In this document: piece after piece, positions 17,468 through 26,338 of the stretch
Layout: each line of letters starts with the position of its first letter
Position numbering within the stretch: the first letter of the stretch is position 1
Origin: Bacteroidia bacterium
GTDB taxonomy: Bacteria; Bacteroidota; Bacteroidia; NS11-12g; UBA955
Direction: 5' to 3'
Assembly: GCA_030158725.1 (NCBI GenBank)
Contig: JAOASJ010000036.1
Coordinates: 7,776 to 71,775 of the forward strand
Length of the DNA stretch: 64,000 nucleotides
Notes under the pieces: model-generated
What the model saw: the letters and a program-made list of their open reading frames with translations, nothing else
Told to the model about the DNA's origin: nothing
Databases searched by the model: none
Program-made: the position numbers and the translations under genes

Positions 17468-20400
17468 ATGCCTGAATTTACACACTTACACTGTCACACT
17501 CAATTTTCTTTATTAGATGGAGCTGCTTCCATTTCCAACTTATACAAAAAAGCGGTAGCTGATGGACAGAAAGCCATTGCAATAACAGACCATGGCAACA
17601 TGTTTGGTGTATTCAATTTTGTTGCAGAAGCGGCTAAACACAATAAAGGTACCGATAAAATAAAAGCCATAGTTGGTTGTGAGTTTTATATGGTTGAAGA
17701 CAGGACCAGAAAATCATTTACCAAAGAAGACAAAGATATTCGTCATCACCAATTGTTATTGGCTAAAAATGCTGAAGGGTATAAGAATCTTTCGAAACTT
17801 TGTTCTTTAGGTTACATTGAAGGAATGTATAGCAAATGGCCTAGAATAGACAAATCGCTCATTGAAAAATACCATGAAGGTTTGATTGCTACTTCTTGTT
17901 GTTTGGGTGCCATTATTCCTAAAACCATCATGAAAAAAGGTGAAGCTGAGGCTGAAATTGAATTAAAATGGTGGTTGGATTTATTTGGAGATGATTTTTA
18001 CATTGAACTTCAAAGACATGGCTTGAAGGAACAAGACAAAGTAAATGAAGTATTGGTGCGCTTTGCTCACAAATACAACATTAAAATGATTGCAACCAAC
18101 GACTCTCATTATGTTGAAAAAGAGGATTACAATGCCCATGATATTTTACTTTGTGTAAATACCGGTGAAAAACAGAGCACGCCTAAGATGTCTGACTTGG
18201 ATGGGGATGATGACAAGTTTATAAAAGGAAAAAGATTTGCCTTTCCAAATGACAATTTTTATTTCAAGACTCAAGCTGAAATGAATACATTGTTTATTGA
18301 TATTCCTGAGGCGATTGACAACACGGGTGATATAGTTTCAAAGATTGAACCTTTGAACTTAAAGAAAGATATATTGTTGCCAAACTTCCCAGTGCCTCCA
18401 GAATTCGAGACCCAAGATGATTTTCTCGAAGACATGACTTGGACTGGCGCTAAACGAAGGTATGGAGAAATAGATGCAGAGATCGAAGAACGAATCAAGT
18501 TTGAATTGTTTACCATTAGAACAATGGGATTTGCTGGATACTTTCTAATTGTATCTGATTTCATCAAAGCAGGTAGAGAAATGGGGGTTGTTATTGGTCC
18601 TGGTCGCGGATCAGCCGCAGGAAGTGCGGTAGCCTATTGCATAGGAATTACCAATATAGACCCCATCAAATACGACCTACTATTTGAGCGTTTTTTAAAT
18701 CCGGAGCGTAAAAGTATGCCAGATATAGATACAGATTTTGATGATGAAGGTCGTCAAAAAGTTATCGATTACGTGGTTGACAAATATGGTCGCAATCAGG
18801 TTGCTCAAATTGTGACCTATGGTAAAATGGCGGCAAAAATGAGTTTGAAGGATGTTGCCCGTGTGATGGATTTAAGCATGGATGAATCAAATAACATTAC
18901 ACGATTGGTTCCTTCTCGCCCATTAGGCTTGACTTTAAAGCAAGTTATTAATGCGAAAATTGAAGGTGTAAAAGAAGACGTATTAGATGCTGCAGACGAT
19001 GGAGAAAGTGCTGACCAAGAAGAAAGAGACACCATATTATTAAGACAAGAAGATATCCCTGGTGTACAGCAATTGAGGGAATGGCATAGTGACAAACAAA
19101 ATTTAAAAGAAGGAGAAGTTCTAAGACAGGCCATGTTATTAGAAGGTTCCGTTCGAAATACAGGGGTGCATGCTGCAGGAATTATTATTGCACCAAAAGA
19201 TTTATCTGAAATCGTTCCCGTTGCTGTTGCTAAAGATTCGAATTTATTATTAACTCAATTTGAAGGAAAAGTAATTGAAGATGCAGGTGTAATTAAGATG
19301 GACTTTTTGGGATTAAAGACCCTTTCCATTATAAAAACTGCAATGCAGTTAATCAAGAAAAACCATAATGTAGATATTGATATTGACAATATTCCGTTAG
19401 ATGATTTAAAAACATTTGAACTTTATCAAAAAGCGGAAACCACTGGTACTTTCCAGTTTGAAAGTCCCGGAATGCAAAAATATTTAAGGGAATTAAAACC
19501 AGATAAGTTTGAGGATTTGATTGCAATGAATGCGCTCTATCGTCCAGGACCAATGGAATATATCCCTACTTATATTAAGCGTAAACATGGTATTGAACCG
19601 GTAAGCTATGACATTCCTGAATTGGAAGAATATTTAGCAGATACATATGGAATCACGGTATACCAAGAGCAGGTAATGTTGCTGAGTCAGTCGCTTGCAG
19701 GATTTAGTAAAGGTAAAGCCGATTCATTGAGAAAGGCCATGGGTAAAAAGAATTTAGCAGACTTGATGAAATTAAAAGATGAATTCATGTCAGGTATTGC
19801 CGCCAAAGGTCTTGATGCAGCTAAATGTGAAAAAGTATGGAAAGATTGGGAAGCATTTGCGTCCTATGCATTTAACAAATCGCACTCAACATGTTATGCA
19901 TTTGTTGCCTACCAAACTGGTTATTTGAAAGCCCACTACCCTGCTGAATATATGGCAGCTGTGCTAAGTAATAACAGCAACAATATAGAAAAAATAAGTC
20001 TGATGATGCAAGAATGCAACCGCATGGGCACACCAGTTTTAGGACCTAGTGTGAATGAAAGTGACATGTTGTTTTCTGTAAATGGCAAGGGACAAATTCG
20101 CTTTGGTTTGTGTGCGGTTAAAGGCGTTGGTGAAGCACCAGCGATCAACTTAATTGAAGAGCGTGAATTGAATGGTCCATTCAAGAATATTTTTGATTTG
20201 TGTGCACGATGCAATCTTAGAAACGTTAATAGAAGAACATTAGAGGCTTTGGTAAAAGGAGGAGGATTTGACTTTGACCCTACTTACCACAAAGCACAAT
20301 ACTTAGCAGAAGGTGATAATGGAAGTGGAATTGAAATTGCTTTGCGTTATGGTGCTAGAACTCAGGAAAACAGCCTAAGCAATCAAGGTTCATTGTTTGG

Positions 20401-21124
20401 GGAAAGCAGCAAAGAAACTTTTGCCGAACCATCTTTACCTAAAGCAGAAACCTATTCCATATTAGAAGAGTGTCAAATGGAAAAAGAAATGGTAGGCATT
20501 TTCATTAACCGACATCCAATGGATACTTTTAAAGTTGAATTTGATGCCATCACCAACACAAAATTATTAGAACTAGAAGATATTATTGAGTTGGTAAAAA
20601 CTAAGCCAAATCCAGTAGTAGCTGGAATAGTATCAAGGGTTGATAATTTAGTCACCAAAACAGGCAAGAATTATTCAAAGTTTACTTTACAAGATTATTC
20701 AGGTTCATTTACATTTTTCGCCTTTGGTGCTGCCTTTGATGCACTAAGATTAATACTGTATCCAAATCAATTTATTGTTTTGAGGTGTAAGATTGAAAAA
20801 CCAAGATGGGCAAAAGAAGGTGGAAAACCATTTGAATTAAACATTGCATCTGGTGAAAAAATGGAAGATGTAAAAGACCGTTATATAAAAGGACTTGGGG
20901 TAAATATGCAATTAGAAAATTTGAGTAAGACTTTATTGGATGATTTGGAAAGTATATTTAAAAAATTCGAAGGTGAAATGCCAATAAACTTTACGGTTAG
21001 CAACAGAGCAAAAAACCACAAATTCGAATTGTATAGCAGCGATAGGAAGATTGACATTTGTCCTGAATTATTGGATGAACTTAGACGTTCAGATATTGAA
21101 TATCAAGTAATCTTAAAAAATTAA
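17468..21124 (+). CDS. dnaE: DNA polymerase III subunit alpha
   Basis: 1218 aa. PHP domain start FTHLHCHTQFSLLDGA, palm/fingers MPDIDTDF, FESPGMQ, and an OB-fold C-terminal region. Confidence 0.95.
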   Translation: MPEFTHLHCHTQFSLLDGAASISNLYKKAVADGQKAIAITDHGNMFGVFNFVAEAAKHNKGTDKIKAIVGCEFYMVEDRTRKSFTKEDKDIRHHQLLLAKNAEGYKNLSKLCSLGYIEGMYSKWPRIDKSLIEKYHEGLIATSCCLGAIIPKTIMKKGEAEAEIELKWWLDLFGDDFYIELQRHGLKEQDKVNEVLVRFAHKYNIKMIATNDSHYVEKEDYNAHDILLCVNTGEKQSTPKMSDLDGDDDKFIKGKRFAFPNDNFYFKTQAEMNTLFIDIPEAIDNTGDIVSKIEPLNLKKDILLPNFPVPPEFETQDDFLEDMTWTGAKRRYGEIDAEIEERIKFELFTIRTMGFAGYFLIVSDFIKAGREMGVVIGPGRGSAAGSAVAYCIGITNIDPIKYDLLFERFLNPERKSMPDIDTDFDDEGRQKVIDYVVDKYGRNQVAQIVTYGKMAAKMSLKDVARVMDLSMDESNNITRLVPSRPLGLTLKQVINAKIEGVKEDVLDAADDGESADQEERDTILLRQEDIPGVQQLREWHSDKQNLKEGEVLRQAMLLEGSVRNTGVHAAGIIIAPKDLSEIVPVAVAKDSNLLLTQFEGKVIEDAGVIKMDFLGLKTLSIIKTAMQLIKKNHNVDIDIDNIPLDDLKTFELYQKAETTGTFQFESPGMQKYLRELKPDKFEDLIAMNALYRPGPMEYIPTYIKRKHGIEPVSYDIPELEEYLADTYGITVYQEQVMLLSQSLAGFSKGKADSLRKAMGKKNLADLMKLKDEFMSGIAAKGLDAAKCEKVWKDWEAFASYAFNKSHSTCYAFVAYQTGYLKAHYPAEYMAAVLSNNSNNIEKISLMMQECNRMGTPVLGPSVNESDMLFSVNGKGQIRFGLCAVKGVGEAPAINLIEERELNGPFKNIFDLCARCNLRNVNRRTLEALVKGGGFDFDPTYHKAQYLAEGDNGSGIEIALRYGARTQENSLSNQGSLFGESSKETFAEPSLPKAETYSILEECQMEKEMVGIFINRHPMDTFKVEFDAITNTKLLELEDIIELVKTKPNPVVAGIVSRVDNLVTKTGKNYSKFTLQDYSGSFTFFAFGAAFDALRLILYPNQFIVLRCKIEKPRWAKEGGKPFELNIASGEKMEDVKDRYIKGLGVNMQLENLSKTLLDDLESIFKKFEGEMPINFTVSNRAKNHKFELYSSDRKIDICPELLDELRRSDIEYQVILKN

Positions 21125-21149
21125 ACAAAGTCATTTTATAAACAAATAC

Positions 21150-21190
21150 AAAAACATTTAAATAGCTTTAAAAATATCTAAATGTTTTTT
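21150..21190 (+). terminator. Probable terminator after dnaE (A/T-rich hairpin)
   Basis: AAAAACATTTA (21150-21160) pairs with TAAATGTTTTT (21179-21189), an 11-bp stem running into a T-tract. The 18-nt loop and all-A/T stem make it weak. Confidence 0.4.
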
Positions 21191-21233
21191 AAAATAAATT
21201 TTCAAAAAAGCATTTGATTTGCAGTAATCATCC

Positions 21234-21890
21234 ATGTTAACAAAAGAACAAATTGCTAAACGCATTGCCTTAGAGCTAAAAGATGGCTATTATGTAAATT
21301 TAGGCATAGGCATTCCAACCTTAGTGGCAAATTATATCCCTGAAGGTGTTGAGGTAATATTACAATCCGAAAATGGATTATTGGGCATGGGACCATTTCC
21401 ATTTGAAGGTGAAGAAGACCCAGATTTAATTAATGCGGGAAAACAAACCATCACAACCATTCCTGGTTCTGCGTTTTTTGATTCAGCTATGAGTTTTGGA
21501 ATGATTAGGGCTGGCAAAGTCGATTTGACCGTATTGGGTGCTATGGAGGTTAATGATCGTGGAGACATAGCCAATTGGAAAATTCCAGGTAAAATGGTTA
21601 AAGGCATGGGTGGTGCAATGGATTTAGTTGCCAGTGCAAAGAACATTATTGTAGCCATGCAACATGTAAACAAAGCCGGTGAATCTAAACTTTTAAAAGA
21701 ATGCAGTCTACCAATTACAGGCATAGCTTGTGTTAAAAAAGTGGTAAGTGAATTGGGTTTATTCGAAATCACTGAAGAAGGATTTGTATTAATGGAAATT
21801 GCGCCAGGCGTAAGTGTTGAAGATGTAAAAGCCAAAACAGAAGGAAGATTGGTAATTAGTCCAAATCTCAAGCAAATAGAAATTGCTTAA
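21234..21890 (+). CDS. scoB: 3-oxoacid CoA-transferase subunit B
   Basis: 218 aa. IAKRIALELKDGYYVNLGIGIPTLVANY...SENGLLGMGP (catalytic Glu motif). Confidence 0.85.
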   Translation: MLTKEQIAKRIALELKDGYYVNLGIGIPTLVANYIPEGVEVILQSENGLLGMGPFPFEGEEDPDLINAGKQTITTIPGSAFFDSAMSFGMIRAGKVDLTVLGAMEVNDRGDIANWKIPGKMVKGMGGAMDLVASAKNIIVAMQHVNKAGESKLLKECSLPITGIACVKKVVSELGLFEITEEGFVLMEIAPGVSVEDVKAKTEGRLVISPNLKQIEIA

Positions 21891-21934
21891 TTAGTAACAT
21901 TACATATTTGCGAATTCCGTATTTTTGCAACAAT

Positions 21935-23080
21935 ATGAAATTCGGAACCAAAGCCTTGCATGCAGGCATAGAACCAGATCCTACAACAGGAGCAATCATG
22001 ACTCCTATTTTCCAAACATCAACTTTCGTACAAGAATATCCGGGAAAGCATAAAGGCTATGCCTATGCTCGTGGAAAGAATCCAACAAGAACACAACTTG
22101 AAAACAATTTGGCTGCTTTAGAAAATGGCAATAATGCCCTTTGTTTTAGCAGTGGAATGGGAGCTGTAGACGCTGTTATAAAATTATTGAAACCTGGAGA
22201 TGAGGTAATAACTGGAAATGATATTTATGGTGGATCGTATAGAATGTTCTCTAAAATTTATGAGCCATTTGGTATCAAATTTCATTATATTGATTTATAC
22301 GATGCAAGCAATATTGAGAAGTATATCAATTCAAACACAAAGTTAATTTGGGCAGAAACTCCAACAAATCCTACCCTTAAAATTGTAGATATTGCTGCTG
22401 CTTCTGCTATTGCTAAAAAGCACAATTTAATTTTAGCCATTGACAATACATTTGCATCTCCTTATTTACAAAATCCACTAGACTTGGGTGCTGACATAGT
22501 AATGCATAGTGCAACAAAATACCTAGGTGGTCATAGTGATGTTGTTATGGGTGCTTTGGTAACAAAGGATCAAACATTACATGAGCGCTTGGCTTTTATA
22601 TTAAATAGTTGCGGTGCCAATCCTGGACCTATGGACAGTTTCTTAGTAATAAGAGGAATCAAAACTTTGCATTTAAGAATGAAAGCCCATTGTGAAAATG
22701 GAAAACAAGTTGCCCATTACTTGAGAAATCATCCTAAAATTGGAAAAGTATACTGGCCAGGTTTTGAAGATGCCGCTGGCCATGAAATTGCAAAAAAACA
22801 AATGCGAGGATTTGGCGGTATGGTTTCATTCACTTTAAAAGGTGATGATTTTGAAGCAGCCATGAGATTTGCTACAAGTGTTGAGATTTTCACACTTGCA
22901 GAATCATTAGGTGGAGTAGAAAGTTTGGTAAACCACCCTGCGAGTATGACGCATGCGAGTATCCCTAAAGAAGAAAGAGAAAAGGCTGGCGTTGTAGATG
23001 GTTTATTACGATTAAGTGTTGGTGTTGAAGACATAGAAGACTTAATTGCGGATATAGAATCTGCCCTATCAAAAGTATAA
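21935..23080 (+). CDS. Trans-sulfuration PLP enzyme (cystathionine beta-lyase/gamma-synthase family)
   Basis: Start moved from the track's TTG at 21908 to the ATG at 21935 (MKFGTKALHAG...). SATKYLGGHSDV contains the PLP lysine. Confidence 0.85.
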   Translation: MKFGTKALHAGIEPDPTTGAIMTPIFQTSTFVQEYPGKHKGYAYARGKNPTRTQLENNLAALENGNNALCFSSGMGAVDAVIKLLKPGDEVITGNDIYGGSYRMFSKIYEPFGIKFHYIDLYDASNIEKYINSNTKLIWAETPTNPTLKIVDIAAASAIAKKHNLILAIDNTFASPYLQNPLDLGADIVMHSATKYLGGHSDVVMGALVTKDQTLHERLAFILNSCGANPGPMDSFLVIRGIKTLHLRMKAHCENGKQVAHYLRNHPKIGKVYWPGFEDAAGHEIAKKQMRGFGGMVSFTLKGDDFEAAMRFATSVEIFTLAESLGGVESLVNHPASMTHASIPKEEREKAGVVDGLLRLSVGVEDIEDLIADIESALSKV

Positions 23081-23102
23081 TATCAAAACCAATTTAATAG
23101 AT

Positions 23103-23135
23103 AAAAGTCCAAACATTTTGTTTGGACTTTTTTTG
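23103..23135 (+). terminator. Rho-independent terminator
   Basis: AAAAGTCCAAAC-atttt-GTTTGGACTTTT followed by a T-run. Confidence 0.85.
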
Positions 23136-23184
23136 TGACCAACATCATGATTTATTTTACGATTAACTCAATTTAGAAAATTAA

Positions 23185-23217
23185 TTTGCGATTTACATAC
23201 AACCTTTTGTAATTTTG
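23185..23217 (+). promoter_or_regulatory. Consensus promoter (TTTG-N21-TAATTTTG) for the 23246 gene
   Basis: TTTG at 23185-23188 and TAATTTTG at 23210-23217 with a 21-nt spacer. The ATG lies 28 nt downstream. Confidence 0.5.
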
Positions 23218-23245
23218 AATGTCAAACATATAAAAACACTTAAAC

Positions 23246-23827
23246 ATGAAACTAAAAATCATCTTAGGACTATTATCTCTATTTATGTTTTTCGGGAATT
23301 CCGAATTAGTTGCCCAACACCATTCTAAAAAACATGTGCATGTCGTAAAGAAGCCACATGGAAGAAAAACAGTAGTGATTAAAACGCATAAAAGATATGC
23401 GCGCTCAAAAGTCATTGTTGTAAAAAGAAGAAATGGAAAGTTGCATGGCATATTGCCTGCTGGTTACAGTACAATTATTTACAAAAACAATTCTTACCAT
23501 TTTCATAATGGAATATATTACTTACCAAAAGCCAATGCCTATGTACAAGTAATCCCTCCAATGGGTTTGAGAATTAAAACAATTCCAATACATACCACCT
23601 TCACGATTGGGTTAATCAATTATCATTATTACCAGGGTGTTTATTATATCATGGCCAATAATGAATATGAAATCGTTGATCCTCCAATTGGGGCTAAAGT
23701 GGCTGACTTACCAATGGATTTGGTTGAAGAAGTAACCATTGATGGCATTACTTATTGGGAATTAGACGGCTATTTGTATAGTAAAAATGCAAATGGGACT
23801 TTCGACCTTGCCGGTAAACTAGAATAA
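23246..23827 (+). CDS. Secreted protein with a highly basic N-terminal segment and repeated aromatic YY modules (DUF6515-like)
   Basis: 193 aa with a signal peptide. Basic segment HHSKKHVHVVKKPHGRKTVVIKTHKRYARSKVIVVKRRNGK. Repeats: YHFHNGIYYLP, YHYYQGVYYIM, YWELDGYLYSK. Confidence 0.5.
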   Translation: MKLKIILGLLSLFMFFGNSELVAQHHSKKHVHVVKKPHGRKTVVIKTHKRYARSKVIVVKRRNGKLHGILPAGYSTIIYKNNSYHFHNGIYYLPKANAYVQVIPPMGLRIKTIPIHTTFTIGLINYHYYQGVYYIMANNEYEIVDPPIGAKVADLPMDLVEEVTIDGITYWELDGYLYSKNANGTFDLAGKLE

Positions 23828-23837
23828 TTGTTCTAAA

Positions 23838-24242
23838 CTAGTTTGGTTTATACTTTAAGAGCCATTCTATGCCTGTTTCAAAATCGGTAACGACATAAAA
23901 AGGTTGTTTGGGTTTATTAAATTTATAATAAAAATTAGCAATCATTTTATATACCATATTTTGGGCATAAACAACATATGCAATAGCGGGAACTTGATCT
24001 TGCATTGCGATTGCATTGTCTCTTGCTGGTTTATTTATAGAACATTTTTTACCAGCTTGAAAAAGAAATAATCTCGGACCATTTTGACAAAATGATTTAA
24101 AGATTTCATTTAGTTCAAATTGCAGGTTAACAGTAATTTCTACGTTGTCTTTGTAAAAAACATGAATTATACCATCATGTCTAAGACCGACAATATATAT
24201 ATCTGTTTCTTTATATTCAACAAATTCACTATTTTTAACCAT
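23838..24242 (-). CDS. Small cytoplasmic protein, STAS/SpoIIAA-like family candidate (paralog of 43283-43672)
   Basis: Start placed at the ATG at 24242 (MVKNSEF...) rather than the track's TTG at 24272. C-terminal segment KMIANFYYKFNKPKQPFYVVTDFETGIEWLLKYKPN aligns with KMVINFYSKFIKDNYPTSFFVDIEKAKEWLKSIPN of the other copy. Confidence 0.5.
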   Translation of the reverse strand: MVKNSEFVEYKETDIYIVGLRHDGIIHVFYKDNVEITVNLQFELNEIFKSFCQNGPRLFLFQAGKKCSINKPARDNAIAMQDQVPAIAYVVYAQNMVYKMIANFYYKFNKPKQPFYVVTDFETGIEWLLKYKPN

Positions 24243-24374
24243 TGATAAATAACTATTTACAATAAAAAACAATATTAACTAAAATTGACAAATATTTAAA
24301 AATAATTTATAAAGCAGACAATTTATGGTTCAAATAAAATTATTTAAAAAAATCTGTCACATACCATTTATTTT

Positions 24375-24959
24375 GTGTCTAATAACAAATTGAACCATAC
24401 AGAAGACGACATATTGAATGGTTGTTTGAGAAATGAACCTTATTTTCAGGAATTACTGTACAAGGTAAATTCAAAAAAAATGTTTGGGGTTTGCATGCGT
24501 TATGCACCTAATAGAGATGTTGCACATGATATTTTTCAAGAAGGATTTATAAAAGTATTCAACTCTTTGAATCAATTTAAACGACAATCGTCGTTAAGTT
24601 CTTGGATGTATAGGATTTTCGTGAACACATCAATTAACTATATACAACGTTCAATAAAGTCCAAATTTGAAGTAAGTATAAACGACAATTTAAATATAAC
24701 AGAAGATGTAGTCAGTGAGATAGAAAATGAACATTGGATTAACCATATTAGTAGTTCAGAAGCGCTTGACTTGGTTCAACAACTACCAGAGAAATATCGT
24801 TTAATCATCAATCTTTTCGCTATAGAAAAGCATAGCCATTCAGAAATATCGAAGATTCTAAATATTACAGAAGCAAGTTCTAGATCACAATTATCAAGAG
24901 CAAGGAAATTATTGTCTGATAAATTAAAAACGGAATTAAAAATCAAACTTGGAGAATAA
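24375..24959 (+). CDS. ECF-type RNA polymerase sigma-70 family factor
   Basis: 194 aa. Region 2 (DVAHDIFQEGFIKVFNSLNQFKRQSSLSSWMYRIFVNTSINYIQ) and region 4 (LPEKYRLIINLFAIEKHSHSEISKILNITEASSRSQLSRARKLL). GTG start, exact start uncertain. Confidence 0.85.
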   Translation: MSNNKLNHTEDDILNGCLRNEPYFQELLYKVNSKKMFGVCMRYAPNRDVAHDIFQEGFIKVFNSLNQFKRQSSLSSWMYRIFVNTSINYIQRSIKSKFEVSINDNLNITEDVVSEIENEHWINHISSSEALDLVQQLPEKYRLIINLFAIEKHSHSEISKILNITEASSRSQLSRARKLLSDKLKTELKIKLGE

Positions 24960-26334
24960 AAATACTGATATTGAATCTTTGTTTGATAAGCTCCATTCAT
25001 TTGAAGTAGAGCCTAATGCTAACGCATGGCATAATATTCAGGACAATATTAATACGGGACTTGATGGCCTATATGAAAATCTACATGAAATAGAAATTGA
25101 GCCCGATAAAAAATCAGAAGTATTCATTTTTGAACATTTGGGTTTTAACAATCCAATAGATATATTCTTAAATGACAATCTTTCAGAACTGGAAGTAGAT
25201 CCTGAGAAATCTTTAAATGATATTATACCCCAAAATAGAAACAGAAAAAAGGTATTGGTATTATTTATATCATTAATAGTAGCCGTTGTTTTGGGCATAT
25301 TAACTTTAAATCAAACTGAAACAGATCAAGTGAAAAAGACAAGTGAAAAAGCAAGTTCAGAAACCTTATTGAATGACAACAGTTCACTTTCGAATTCCCC
25401 AAACAGCCAATCACCTGTTATAGAAAAGCCATTTATAAAAAGGGAAAAATCAACTATAAAATCAAACGATAGATTCAGCATAAACGAAGAATCAACTGCT
25501 GATATGAGCGTATATTTCCCCGAAGATATAGATGAAATCAACAGCAAAATACATCCAATTAAAAATGGAATTAATTACCCATTTGAGCCATTACAACTCG
25601 CTGAATTCAGAAAAGTAAAACTTGAAAAGAAATTGCTTCCTCAGTTTTTTCAGATAGTTGGTGGACTTGGTTTTCAAAACCAACAACTCAGAAACGTGCA
25701 AATTGAAAACGCAGAATATCAGCACAAAGATGCATTAGACAATTATTGGAAAAGCACAGGAAAGAACATTTTAGGGATACAATTAACTGCAGGAATTTCT
25801 TTTAGTCTAAGTGAGAAATTCTATTGTAGAACATCCTTTCAATATCAATATATGCAAAGCAACAATGAATTTGTATACAGTTATACAGACATCCCTGTTT
25901 ATGGAATTGATGGAAAAATTATAGGCTATTTTAAACGTCCATTAAGCGCTTCGCCTAGTATTAATCAAAATATTAAAACGACGAAACAAACAGTAAACAT
26001 GCCTATAGAAGCATTTTACAAGGTATTCAATTTAAATAAAAACAAAGTTTATGCTGGTTTAGGTTTAAACATTGAATTGAGCAATCAATTTAAAAGCAGT
26101 GATTTTAGTTTCGTAAAAGAAGAACTTAGTTTATTGAAAATTAAAGCTGCGCACAAATTAACTCCAAGTCTAAGTTTACAATACCATTATCAAATTAATT
26201 CTCAAATGAAAATGATTCTACAAATAGATGGAAGAAAAACGAACTCAATTGCTAATTTTGACGAGTCAAAGTTTAAATCAAGTTATTTTAATTCTTCTAT
26301 TTCTATAGGATTTTCATTTATTCCAAAAATTTAA
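24949..26334 (+). CDS. Single-pass membrane protein, anti-sigma candidate: repeat-bearing cytoplasmic N-terminus, Ser/Asn-rich linker, beta-rich C-terminal domain
   Basis: 461 aa. TTG start overlaps the sigma gene's end by 11 nt. TM helix VLVLFISLIVAVVLGILTL. The C-terminal ~240 aa show alternating hydrophobic beta-strand patterns similar to OM beta-barrels. Confidence 0.55.
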   Translation: MENKNTDIESLFDKLHSFEVEPNANAWHNIQDNINTGLDGLYENLHEIEIEPDKKSEVFIFEHLGFNNPIDIFLNDNLSELEVDPEKSLNDIIPQNRNRKKVLVLFISLIVAVVLGILTLNQTETDQVKKTSEKASSETLLNDNSSLSNSPNSQSPVIEKPFIKREKSTIKSNDRFSINEESTADMSVYFPEDIDEINSKIHPIKNGINYPFEPLQLAEFRKVKLEKKLLPQFFQIVGGLGFQNQQLRNVQIENAEYQHKDALDNYWKSTGKNILGIQLTAGISFSLSEKFYCRTSFQYQYMQSNNEFVYSYTDIPVYGIDGKIIGYFKRPLSASPSINQNIKTTKQTVNMPIEAFYKVFNLNKNKVYAGLGLNIELSNQFKSSDFSFVKEELSLLKIKAAHKLTPSLSLQYHYQINSQMKMILQIDGRKTNSIANFDESKFKSSYFNSSISIGFSFIPKI

Positions 26335-26338
26335 CAAA

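Noticed and set aside
21332-21871. Long antisense ORFs opposite well-identified genes: 21332-21871, 16452-17003, 52561-53043, 49210-49602, 55423-55809, 30431-30796, 18817-19134, 61174-61536 and similar.
   Set aside because: Each lies wholly inside a confidently identified gene on the other strand. Their composition is low-complexity and Ser/Leu/Ile-rich, typical of shadow frames. They have no promoter or terminator signals of their own.
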